This document shows, piece after piece, positions 38,529 to 48,921 of a stretch of DNA of 64,000 nt. Origin of the DNA: Nemertoderma westbladi. Taxonomy: Eukaryota; Animalia; Xenacoelomorpha. A program made the translations under genes and the position numbers. Below the pieces are notes generated by a model that was given only the letters and a program-made list of their open reading frames with translations, did not search any database and had not been told where the DNA came from. The stretch is taken from contig JAUCBJ010005318.1 of the NCBI GenBank assembly GCA_032718475.1, forward strand, positions 495 to 64,494, read 5' to 3'. The first letter of the stretch is position 1; the number at the start of each line of letters is the position of its first letter.

Positions 38529-40256
38529 TATCTGCTTACTGGGCGGAAAAGCCAACCAACCACCAAGGTTAAGGCTGAATCACCAGCCGATCGCCTCAAT
38601 GGTTGGAAAGCCCACTTTGAAAAGCTCCTCAATAATGACAGGGTATTGCCTGATAACTTTATAGAAGTAAAGGTGTCTGAGTCTGTACTCCCAGATATTC
38701 CCATTGGCGATATCTCCTTTGCAGAAGTGAAGGCTGCTGCAAAGAGCATTAAGACCAATCGTGCCAGTGGAGTAGATGGTGTTCCCCCTGAGGTCTTTAA
38801 AATACCTGAGTGTTTAAAGCTCATCTATCCCATCATAGTAGACATGTACCGTACAACAAGAGTCCCACAAGAAATGAAAACAAATAAGTTGGTGCCAGTT
38901 CCCAAGAAGGGCAACCTAACACTCTATGGTTCTTTTCGGGGAATCTCATTGATCTCGATTGCTGCAAAGCTACACAATAGGATTCTATTAAATCGCATCA
39001 GGGATCCCATTGAGAGACTGCTCCGTGGAAATCAGAATGGGTTCCGTAAAGGTCGTGGGACCATGGAGCCCATTTTGGCACTTAGAAGGATAATTGAAGA
39101 ATTATCAAAAAAGAAAGACAGGCATCTGGCTGTTATCTTTGTTGACTTCTTCAAGGCCTTTGATTCAGTCTCTCGATCACGTATGTTCAGCATACTTTCA
39201 TTATATGGGATTCCTGATGAAATTATTGCAGCAATCAGATCAGTATACGATGGTTCGACAACATTTGTGTCTACTGTTGACGGTGACACAGAACCATTTG
39301 AAGTGTTATGGGGCGTCCTCCAAGGAGACACACTTGCACCATTCTTGTTCATTATTGTGGTTGACTATGTTCTACGCATGTCCTTAGATCATCATAATGA
39401 TGATGGGGTGATGATAACTCCACCTACTGGCTCCAGAAGTCGAGGAAATCCTGCCAAGTACCTAACTGATCTAGACTTCGCTGATGACTTAGGAGTACTC
39501 TCAGAATCATTAGAGGGAGCCCAACGGCTCCTCAGCTCATTAGAACATGCTGCTTCTAGTGTTGGTCTTTTTATTAACTCCAGAAAGACCAAAATTCTGA
39601 CAGTTAACTTTGAAAGTCCTCAGCAAGTCTCTGATCGGATGAGCATAAGCTCAAAGGATGGTATGCTTGAGCATGTGGACGACTTCTGTTACCTGGGATC
39701 ATGGATCCGGAAGTCAGGTGAGGACCTTCGAATACGTAAGGGAAAGGCATGGGCAGCCTTGAATAGGCTTTCCAGGATTTGGAAGTCACCGAGAATTAAT
39801 CGGAAACTTAAGGTCCGATTATTTAGAGCAGCAGTAGTTCCAGTACTCCTCTATGGGAGTCCATGCTGGGCTCTAACTGCTGAGGACACCAAATCTCTGG
39901 ATGGCACATTCACAAGAATGCTACGCCGGGTTCATTGTGTCAAGTACAATGCACACATCTCCAACCAGACACTATATAACATTGGAGGTGTCTCATTGGT
40001 TCCCCCAAGCTTGACACTAGAACAAAATCGCCTCCGCTTTGCAGGACATTGCTTTCGCCGTGAGGACCAGCCAGTGCATAATCTTGTACTTTGGCAGCCT
40101 CATGGAGTGAATAAGCATGGTGGACAGCCCATGACTTTCTTGAGACGCATCTTAAAGGACACTGGCCTTAAAGATGCGGATGATCTAGCAAATGTCATGG
40201 GTGATAGGGAGTTGTGGCGGTGCAATTTTGTTGACAAGCCGGCACAGCATTCTTAA
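38529..40256 (+). CDS. Reverse transcriptase (RTE-like ORF, N-terminally truncated, no true start)
   Basis: WKAHFEKLLN, PVPKKGNL..FRGISL, QNGFRKGR, FVDFFKAFDSV, GVLQGDTLAPFLF, LDFADD, FCYLGS, RLRFAGHCFR. Confidence 0.92.
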   Translation, partial: YLLTGRKSQPTTKVKAESPADRLNGWKAHFEKLLNNDRVLPDNFIEVKVSESVLPDIPIGDISFAEVKAAAKSIKTNRASGVDGVPPEVFKIPECLKLIYPIIVDMYRTTRVPQEMKTNKLVPVPKKGNLTLYGSFRGISLISIAAKLHNRILLNRIRDPIERLLRGNQNGFRKGRGTMEPILALRRIIEELSKKKDRHLAVIFVDFFKAFDSVSRSRMFSILSLYGIPDEIIAAIRSVYDGSTTFVSTVDGDTEPFEVLWGVLQGDTLAPFLFIIVVDYVLRMSLDHHNDDGVMITPPTGSRSRGNPAKYLTDLDFADDLGVLSESLEGAQRLLSSLEHAASSVGLFINSRKTKILTVNFESPQQVSDRMSISSKDGMLEHVDDFCYLGSWIRKSGEDLRIRKGKAWAALNRLSRIWKSPRINRKLKVRLFRAAVVPVLLYGSPCWALTAEDTKSLDGTFTRMLRRVHCVKYNAHISNQTLYNIGGVSLVPPSLTLEQNRLRFAGHCFRREDQPVHNLVLWQPHGVNKHGGQPMTFLRRILKDTGLKDADDLANVMGDRELWRCNFVDKPAQHS

Positions 40257-40295
40257 AAATGCAGCTGCAATGCAGCATGCCGATCCTAGTAGTAT
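38529..40295 (+). mobile_element. 5'-truncated RTE-like non-LTR retrotransposon
   Basis: RT frame open from 38529 with no endonuclease domain; very short 3' UTR ending in TAGTAGTA. Confidence 0.9.
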
Positions 40296-42160
40296 GTAAA
40301 TTAGCTCATCTTTGAGGATCTTTAATACCACCTGCATTAAATTTCTTGGTCCAAGACTTTGTTAAATGGACCTAGATATGTATGCTATCTTCTATGAAAA
40401 CTTTAAAACAATTTCATTAGCACAAAATTATTGTTTTTGAAAAATTTATGGGGGTTTTAGTATGTCCGGGCTATATTTTGGGATTCAAATATTTTGGATA
40501 GACAAAGTGTAGCAGTTACAAAATCGGTTCTAGAAGATCCCAACGATAGTATTCCTAAAGCTGCTGAACATTTTGGTATATGTGTTTGATGGCAATTGAG
40601 TAAAAAATAAAATAGTAGGGAATTTAGTGATGATAAAAGTCAAAATCGACAAACTGATAAAAAGGTTGTTTTATACAGAGAGTCATAAATATCAGCAATA
40701 TATTATGTTGTTGAAAAGAGCAGTTTTGAGGTCAAAAAATAATTCAATGGTGAAAACCGATATCACCTCATGAAAGCCCTTCTATTAAACAACAAAAAAT
40801 TGTGTAAATTTTCGAAAATTTCATTTCTGTAGGGGTTATATAGTTGGCCCCTTTAAGGCTGACTGGCCCCTTTAGGCATTTAACAATTTTGATCGGATCG
40901 CGGGAATGTGTTATTTATTTGCTGTAGGTTTCGCAGGATACAGGGATAGGCCTAATTATCTTTACAGGACTTGCTGTGAAATATAGCATAGCACACCAAA
41001 AGTGTGGGCTTAGTGCAAAGATCTAATATTTCTGATCTAGATTTGGACTTGCTGAGAAAGTACAGTAATGTTCTTCGATAAGAGAACAGACTTGGAAAAA
41101 GTACTTTTTGTCACTAATTTTAATTTACCCAAATTCAATTACAGTATGCTGTCCGAGACTTTTAGGTTTTGCAGGAATTGCACCTAAAATGCCATCGAAT
41201 GCAAAATTCAATACACGAGGGCAGAACATCTGAATTTCGGTTAAATGAAATTACAGTAGTGACAATAAGTTATTTCTGACACGTTTTTTTTTATCAACAA
41301 CTATTTTATCTACAACTAATTTATCCTTTTTTTTATCTATTAGGGCCTACATGTATTTATAAAACTCGTTTCCGGTAAAAAAAATTTCGCACGACCATAT
41401 CTCCACGCCATACATTTACTATGTACAGTATTCCAGTATGTCACCACGTCATTATTTGGTTGTTCTAGAAAGTTTAAGAGCATAACTACAATTAATTCCC
41501 AACAAATAAATAAAATTAAATTCACCATTGTTCATAATTAGCACTTTAAAGTTTTACTGCCCATGTTTTATTATTTCCCTGCCATCAGGTCTCGAACTAA
41601 TAACACAGCACCTGTCCGTTAATTGTCTGAGCTAGAATTTTCTATCACAAATTTCTACAAATTTTAGTGAGAAAAAATGTGGACTTTTCAGATAAAAATA
41701 TTTTTTTTCACAGGAATGACTCGCTGAGAAAAAATGGCCCGTATTTTCGGCTAGCCCTAAGGCACGTGCCTTATATGCTTTAAGGTTAATCCGGCACTGT
41801 ATTTTAGTTTATCTCTGTATGCATTATATTATATATTATCTGATTAGGCCCCTATACAGCTATAGTTGTTGCAGCTGGCACTGCAAGATAGTGAACGTCA
41901 TTATAATTACACAGAAAATTACCGGTATATAATTTACTTTTTTACTTTTAAAATAGATTTAGGGGTATTGCTAAACAGTAAAAAACACCGGCCTGCCGGC
42001 ACCGGTAACGCCATTTACAATGTGACACCGCCTGATCGGCAACGGCTGAACGGCACCGATCGAACCCTAAATATTTTATTATTATCTGTATTATATCAGT
42101 ATATTGCCAGTTCCAAAACTTACTATGAACTGAGTGGGGCTTCACTATCAGACTACCGGT

Positions 42161-43766
42161 ATGCTTTCCATACAAATACTATTTATATTAACTTGCTTGA
42201 TTGTTGTAACTTGTTTGTTTATATGGCGGTTCTATAACTACTTCGACATATTTAGTGATTCAATCTCACATACAGATTATTTCGGACCAATTCACTTGCC
42301 GCCTTCTCGACCACAGGAAACAATTCTATTGTCTCCAAACATTTGTAGCAAAGAAACTTCGACAAACAGTTCATATGAATCGCTACTTTTGATTTATAAA
42401 TGTAATATGGATGACGTGGAACAAAGATCGGCGATTCGTCGGCTTATGAGAACGCCATCTTACGGACTGGAGGGACATCCAGTTAAATATATATTTATTA
42501 TGGGAAATAAAAACTTGTCTGATGTCGCGGAAAATGAATCATTGTTGTTGGAATCGACGAATTACGACGACATTCTCCACGGGGATTTTCTCGATTCCTA
42601 CAGGAATTTATCGACGAAACTTTTGTTCGGTTGGCGTTGGTTTTCTGACTTGGATTGTCGTCTTTTCTTCCGATACATAATGAGTATCGATATAGACGTA
42701 TTTCTTAATCTCAGGTATTTATGGGGCCATTAGTGACCTGGTTAGGTTGAATATCGGTAGAGTACCGGTATCAACAATTATATCTACATCTACAACTCGG
42801 CAAGTTGCAGGTATTGTAAGGGTATGCGTTTCTACTTCGCCCAGATAGGAGGGGAAACTGCCAAATTTATTAATTAAAGGAAAGGATCAGATTACAGTGG
42901 CAAATGGCAATATATTTTTAACTAAAACAATAAACTATAAAGTCAATAGAACAGGTTACAGTTTTATTTTTGGGAGTAATCGGCGGTTATTTGATTAGAT
43001 TTTAATTTCGTGTAAAGTCCCCCCCTTTGAATCCGTTTGTATTTTTTGCACTAAATTGCGCCATGAAGCATTTTTTATTACACCTGAAGGGTTTGTATTA
43101 GTTACAAGTAAAATATTAGGCCAGGATTACTTCCAAGGAAGGTAAATTAATATTTGGCCGCAGTGATGGAGATTTCGCACATATTTTTACAGGAATTTAC
43201 TTGAGTTGTTGGATAAAAACAAACGGGATCCGTTGTATTTGGGTTCAATCCATTGGGGTCCCGGTGTCAACAGGAATCCCTCCTCCAGATGGTTCCTCAG
43301 TCGCTCCGAGTACCCGCCAGAGTTCTACCCCGCGTACGCCGCCGGTCTCGGCTACGTTCTCTCCGCCTCGGTCGTTCCGCTCCTATACTCCCATTCGTTC
43401 CGCGTTCCCTCCCTCTATATAGACGACGCGTTCGTAGGTTTGCTAGCGGAGCGGGCGGGCATCACCCCGGTCGACGACGGACGTTTCGTTGCCGATTATC
43501 CCGCCCCTCCCGAATACTCGTACTGCCGTTACCGCGATTTAATCGTAGTTCACGGGTTCGACGCCCACACAAAGTCTCTGATAATGAAAGATATTTGGGA
43601 TCGACGGGGAACTACCGATTGTAACCAATTACAAACCATCGCCTATATAGCGATGGTTGTTCTTATATCAATCTTATTAATTTCCTGTAGTTTTTCTACT
43701 TACTACTATTACTTCTCCTGTAAACCAACTCTCATTAATTGTTGTTTTCTATCGAAACGTATTTAG
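42161..43766 (+). CDS. GT31 beta-1,3-galactosyltransferase-like protein, copy 1; join(42161..42714, 43193..43766), 375 aa
   Basis: N-terminal TM, RSAIR, ESTNYDDILHGDFLDSYRNLSTK, DxD motif IDIDVF, YPAYAAGLGYVLS, IDDAFVG; phase-2 AG|GTATTT...TTTTACAG|G intron keeps frame. Confidence 0.92.
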
Positions 43767-43856
43767 TACTTATTTATTGAGTTTTCCTAATTAATACGTA
43801 TTTTGTTGCCCTTCTGTGCAGTACCAGCGAGTTGGGGGTCTACCTTGAGCTGCTGT

Positions 43857-43970
43857 CTAACCAACTGACTAACTAACTAATTAACTAACTTATCTGACTA
43901 ACTTAACTAACTTATCTAACTAATTAAATTAACTAACTAACTTATTTAACTAATTAACTAACTTAACTTA
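43857..43970. repeat. Imperfect (TAAC)n microsatellite
   Basis: TAACTAAC repeats seen directly. Confidence 0.85.
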
Positions 43971-44373
43971 ATGGGTGGTTTGAATAAAAACAAGTAAACA
44001 CTTACAAGTGAACACTTACAAGTGAACACTTCTATGAAAAGTGAAGTAGGGAAGTGAAGAGTGAAGTGATGAGTGAACTCTTAAATTTCGCTTGAATAAA
44101 GGAACACTTCACTTTCACTTATACTTCACTCTTCACTTCATCCAATCATCGCGAATTATAATTGTATTGCTTCGTTAATTGGCTGGATTAGAACGGCAAT
44201 TGTTGTTGCTAGGAAATATTCACAACATTTCGAAAACTTGTTAATTAAAGATTCTAGAACAATATCTCATATTCTTTATATTTATTAAAAGTACTTAAAG
44301 TACGTATATTGATACAGTCGTTTGACTTTGCAGCTTTCAGGCTTTGTACCGGTTCGTAAGCCCTACTCAAACG

Positions 44374-46090
44374 ATGTCTGAGGCAAGTGATATGTGCCAA
44401 TTAGTCGAATTTTTAAAAAAATACCACGTATGTCTTGATAAATCTCAGACGCCGGCGACAAATTTAAAAAAGAAGCGAGCCCTCAAAGAAATCACAAGAG
44501 AGTATGGAGCCCGTGGTGTGTTCATAACGGAAGAGCAAGTAAGAAAGAAGGTTGAAAATCTTAAGAATAGGGTTAAGGTAAAGTTAGATAAAAGCACCAC
44601 TCTTCTGCTGCCTTACGAAAAGGAATTTCTGGCAATAATGGGTGGGGACAAAAACCCAAGCTTGGGGAAAATACCAGGTGAGAAAAAGGGCCTAATTAGG
44701 CATTACTGTGTTATGGGTACCCCTTTTTGACAATTTTTTTATATGAAAATGGCTTTTATCATGAGGTTTTTTGTTCTACAACAAATATTTAACCGTCTGA
44801 CAGTAAGATGGTGGCTAGTAAATTTGATTATGTGTTAGCGATTAGTATTTATTAGCTAGTAAAAAAATTTAAAATATAATTTAATTCTCAATTATATATT
44901 TACCTGGAATAATTTATGAGTCTCATGGAAGCTAGTAATTTTTATTTGATAGTCAAAGTAGCTAGTAATTTATTCACTAGCTAGATTTTAATACATATAT
45001 GATGTGAAAATACAGGTTTTACTATTCAGAAATGTAAATTATATACATTTATATTAGTGATTTTGAGAATATATTGATGATTTGGAAATTGTGCTAAATA
45101 AAAGGGGCACTACAAATTTTCTCTTGTAATTTTAAGATCACTAGCTACCTAAAATACACTAGCTACCATACTAAAAAAATATTAGCTAACCTCTCTCATA
45201 AAGTGAAATTTATGTTCTAGAACAAAAAACATCATGATAATAGCCATTAACATGGTCAAATAAATGGTCAAAAGGCGGGTACCCATAACATAGTAATGAC
45301 TCTAATTAATACTTTTAGGTATTGTGATATTAATAGATCAGATAATGGAAATACTTTACAGAATTTTATGTTATTTAAGAATGTTATTTAAGGTTTTTGT
45401 TATAAGCTATTATTATTGCAATGGTAGCTAGTGTTTTTTTAAAAACATTTATTTCGCAAATTTCGTTATTAATTTTATAATTCAGTTTTTCTCCTGGTCT
45501 TTTAGGTGCCACCACCACATTTCCGTCTTCCGCGGTAGTAATCCCACCTACTAGCCCTATTGCAACCACAACCCTTGAAACCGTCTCTGGGGCTGCAATT
45601 TCCATTTCTAGTTCTGGGTCACAGAATCCAACTACGTGTTTAAATTCGGACGGTAATTCCGGGGCTTCTGGATATCTAATATCCGGGGCTCAGCGAGGCG
45701 GAGCATCGCTGGGTTCCGGAAGAAAAAGAGATGGTTAGTAAATTATTTTATTTCCTCAATTCCTATCAATTCCAATTCCTATCTGTTGACCGGAACTGAG
45801 ACAGGCCGGGGGGGGGGGGGGGGGGTGGTACATTGGCACCTTATATAACATCCGGCTAATGTAGTTAATTTTTTCAAACTTTTTAGTTCTGAACTTGTAT
45901 GAAACGGAGGAGACAGGAAGTTATCAACATCGGAACTCCATCGGGTCGTTCTCCTCGAACAACTGGCCTATCTCCGTGAAAAAAGAGCTGCTCTGCAGGG
46001 GCGATGCGAAATCGAAAAAACAATCGCTGGGATTGCAGATGCTACTGCAGGGGCTGCTTTGGAGTTCCATAATATCAACGATGACTAATT
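44374..46090 (+). pseudogene. Harbinger Myb/SANT-like DNA-binding protein gene, 3 exons (44374-44677, 45506-about 45733, about 45888-46090), frameshifted in exon 3
   Basis: KSQTPATNLKKKRALKEI...TEEQVRKKVENLKNRVKVKLD; CAG|GTGAGA donor; exon 3 YETEET / LSTSELHRVVLLEQL. Confidence 0.72.
44698..45303. mobile_element. MITE inserted in the first intron of the Harbinger Myb gene
   Basis: CATTACTGTGTTATGGGTACCC versus GGGTACCCATAACATAGTAATG; related sequence at about 48925-49500 and 56080-56660. Confidence 0.7.
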
Positions 46091-46518
46091 TACTTTACGA
46101 TTAATTTATTATATTATTTATTTATAATATTAATTATAATTAATATATTTATCAATAATTTATTTACCATTAACTTATTTATTGTTAAAATAATTGATTT
46201 GAATAGGTCCTTCTTGGTGAATACTTACTGTTTTGAGTGGTGTTAAGTTTTTTATTTCTTTACTTTTGTGGTCATATATGTGGGTATGTTTAGCTTCAAT
46301 GTTTAGGAATTTAAGTTTTATTATTTTATTATATTTTTTTTGTTATATTTTTTTTGTCATTTATTATTGTTTTATTATTATTGTATAACTTTATCACAAT
46401 AATTGAGGGATATTAAATATTTTATGATGGTTTAATCCAATGTTTATTACTGTAATAAATAATATAATAAATCTTAAGTATCAAACCAATATTTGAAAAA
46501 GTAATATCTTCAATTCAT

Positions 46519-46990
46519 TTACAGCTGTTCGATTTGCTGCCCGATAATCGCAGCTAACTCATTCCTCTTATGTTGGCCAGCAGCCCGACAAGCTGTATCG
46601 CTCAACTGTTCGGCGGGTTCTCCTGGTATTTCCTCCAAATCGTCCTCTTCACGAACACCAGGTACCGAATCCGCCGTAATTGGCGACTCGAAAGGGGTCA
46701 TTAAATATGGCGCAATAGCATATCCACTATCAGCCAATAAGACACAATTCGTATTGGATAGGATTGAAGGGATTCCTAAATATCCGAGAATCATGCACAG
46801 ACCCGGGCCACTCCGCGACAACACTTGTAGATTCTAAAAAACAGTTACAAGTAGCTTGAACGTTTACTGAAAATAATTTTTTTCGATTGATAGAGTTTCA
46901 GGTTCAGCCAATTCGAGCGTCCTATTCGTAGACCACTCGTCCCTGCCATACGTCCTACTGACCACGTTCATAAAATTTCAACCCAATTCC
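46519..46990 (-). pseudogene. Harbinger DDE transposase remnant (internally deleted, frameshifted)
   Basis: FSVNVQATC, WPGSVHDSRIF and LLADSGYAIAPYLMTPF motifs in shifting frames. Confidence 0.85.
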
Positions 46991-47732
46991 CCAACCGTGA
47001 CATGAGTTAAGTGGAAAACGTACACCCCACGGATTTCAAATTTATATGCGAATTTTGCTTCAAAAGTAACCTTTTGATCTTACTTGTGTATTATGAAGTG
47101 TTCACTTCAAACAGAAGTAAACACTTGCGTTTTATTCAAATCAACCAGAAAACACTTCCCTCTACACTTCACTCTACACTTCCCTCTACACTTCACTTCC
47201 CTCTACACTTCACTCTTTACTTCACTCTATTTTTATTCAAGCACAATAAGTATCTTTGAAGTGTTTGCGAGTGTTTACTTGAAGTGAAAGTGTTTACTTG
47301 TTTTTATTCAAATCACCCAATAACACGGACCAACTTGTTTCTGAAACTTGTTGCTGAAAATTTAAATAAAATGCTACGAAATTTGGTACGATGATAGATC
47401 GACACCTTTTCTTACTGGTGGCCTGGCTCGATTTTTTAATTTATGAGCTATTTCGATACAACAAACCGTTAAAAATCGTCTATTTCGCAATATTTAGCCA
47501 CCTCCGTCAGCTTTATTTTTCGTCTTTGGAATGAAATCTAGATATCATTAGAACCGCCTTCATCTGTAGATTCCGAATATGAAACCCGTTGTAAATTTCA
47601 GATTTCATAGATAATGATAAAAATCCTCAGGTGTCAATTTTTATGACGTAAATCGCTATAATTCTAAAGTTTTTTTTACTCAATTCTAGAATATTAATTA
47701 TGGGTAATGAAAAAACAAGATCGAGAGTTATA

Positions 47733-48114
47733 GGGTGGTTTGAATAGAAACAAGTAAACACTTTCACTTCAAGTAAACACTCGCAAACACTTCAAAGATA
47801 CTTATTGTGCTTGAATAAAAATAGAGTGAAGTAAACAGTGAAGTATAGAGTGAAGTAAAGAGTGAAGTGTAGAGTGAAGTGAAGTGTAGAGTGAAGTGTT
47901 TTCTGGTTGATTTGAATAAAACGCAAGTGTTTACTTCTGTTTGAAGTGAACACTTCATAATACACAAGTAAGATCAAAAGGTTTCACTTTTGAAGCAAAA
48001 TTCGCATATAAATTTGAAATCCGTGGGGTGTACGTTTTCCACTTAACTCATGTCACGGTTGGGGAATTGGGTTGAAATTTTATGAACGTGGTCAGTAGGA
48101 CGCATGGCAGGGAC
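47733..48114. mobile_element. Second, inverted copy of the Harbinger right end
   Basis: Reverse complement of 46939-47318; also duplicated at 54895-55269. Confidence 0.9.
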
Positions 48115-48116
48115 TC

Positions 48117-48590
48117 TATCACACTACAGGCGCCACTTTTCATATGGAAAGCATACAGCGTTATTTTAGTTGGCTGTCTTGGGGTTTCTTAAATTAAAGC
48201 AGTAATTTAACCTTAACCCTAAGTCATGAGGCTCTAATCCAAAAAAAATCGTGAAATTTCGGACTTTTCAGTTTATTTATTATTTTCAGTTTATTTATTA
48301 ATATCCATTTCCGGTCTCCATTAATGCAAAAATTGATTTAATAAAAGTTGACAGTAATTCATAATACGGAAATAGCTGTCACTAGCAATGCTAGTGCCGC
48401 AAGGAGGTGATGGGTAAGCTAAGACCAGAAGTGGAGGGGGAAATAATTTTTGCAAACATTTATTAGATTAGAGCCTCATGACTTAGGGTTAGGATTAAAT
48501 TACTGCTTTAATTATGGTTTGGGCCGGCACTATTGTAACCTTGCGAGGCCCACGACATCCGTTAAAACGTGGCACCTCTAGTGTGATATC
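48117..48590. mobile_element. Nested inverted-repeat element(s): outer TIR ATCACACTA.AGG.GCCAC, inner 50-bp TIR element at about 48193-48513
   Basis: AATTAAAGCAGTAATTTAA.CTAACCCTAAGTCATGAGGCTCTAATC and its reverse complement; duplicated at about 55271-55745. Confidence 0.72.
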
Positions 48591-48711
48591 CCCATTGTTA
48601 TCTACTGTACAAGGTTGCACCGTCACAACTCCCTATCCCCATGACTATCGCGAGATTATCCGTAACTTCAAGGCCAGTGTTAAGAGGTTAGTCAGTTAAG
48701 AGGCGACTAAG

Positions 48712-48921
48712 ATTGTCAGGCTGGTCCTCACGGCCAAAGCAATGTCCTGCAAAGCGGAGGCGATTTTGTTCTAGTGTCAAGCTTGGGGGAACCATTGAGA
48801 CACCTCCAATGTTATATAGTGTCTGGTTGGGGATGTGTGCATTGTACTTGACACAATGAACCCGGCGTAGCATTCTTGTGAATGTGCCATCCAGAGATTT
48901 GGTGTCCTCAGCAGTTAGAGC
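48712..48921 (-). mobile_element. Internal fragment of the same RTE family as 38529-40295
   Basis: ALTAEDTKSLDGTFTRMLRR...RLRFAGHCF is nearly identical to about 39870-40082; duplicated at 55868-56077. Confidence 0.9.

Larger units (their letters stand above)
37952..41799. mobile_element. hAT-type non-autonomous DNA transposon carrying a nested LINE
   Basis: TIR CAGTGCCGGATTAA / TTAATCCGGCACTG; perfect 8-bp TSD TATTTTAG at 37944-37951 and 41800-41807. Confidence 0.9.
43973..47318. mobile_element. Degenerate PIF/Harbinger (PHIS) DNA transposon
   Basis: TIR GGGTGRTTTGAATAAAAACAAGTAAACACT at both ends, AAT on both flanks, GTGAAGT subterminal arrays, convergent Myb-like and DDE transposase remnants. 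Confidence 0.88.

Noticed and set aside
41866-42237. 123-aa ORF overlapping the GT31 start (and its copy at 51782)
   Set aside because: Non-ATG start, spans a probable intron and 5' UTR, no domain features
47011-47977. Short ORFs with TLHFTL/FTSL repeats
   Set aside because: Translations of the Harbinger subterminal GTGAAGT arrays
48370-48445. Possible twister ribozyme (GGTAAGCTAAGACC...GTGGAGGGGG)
   Set aside because: No UAA-P2 5' strand able to pair with GUGGA and no proper P4 loop or pseudoknot; lies inside a MITE
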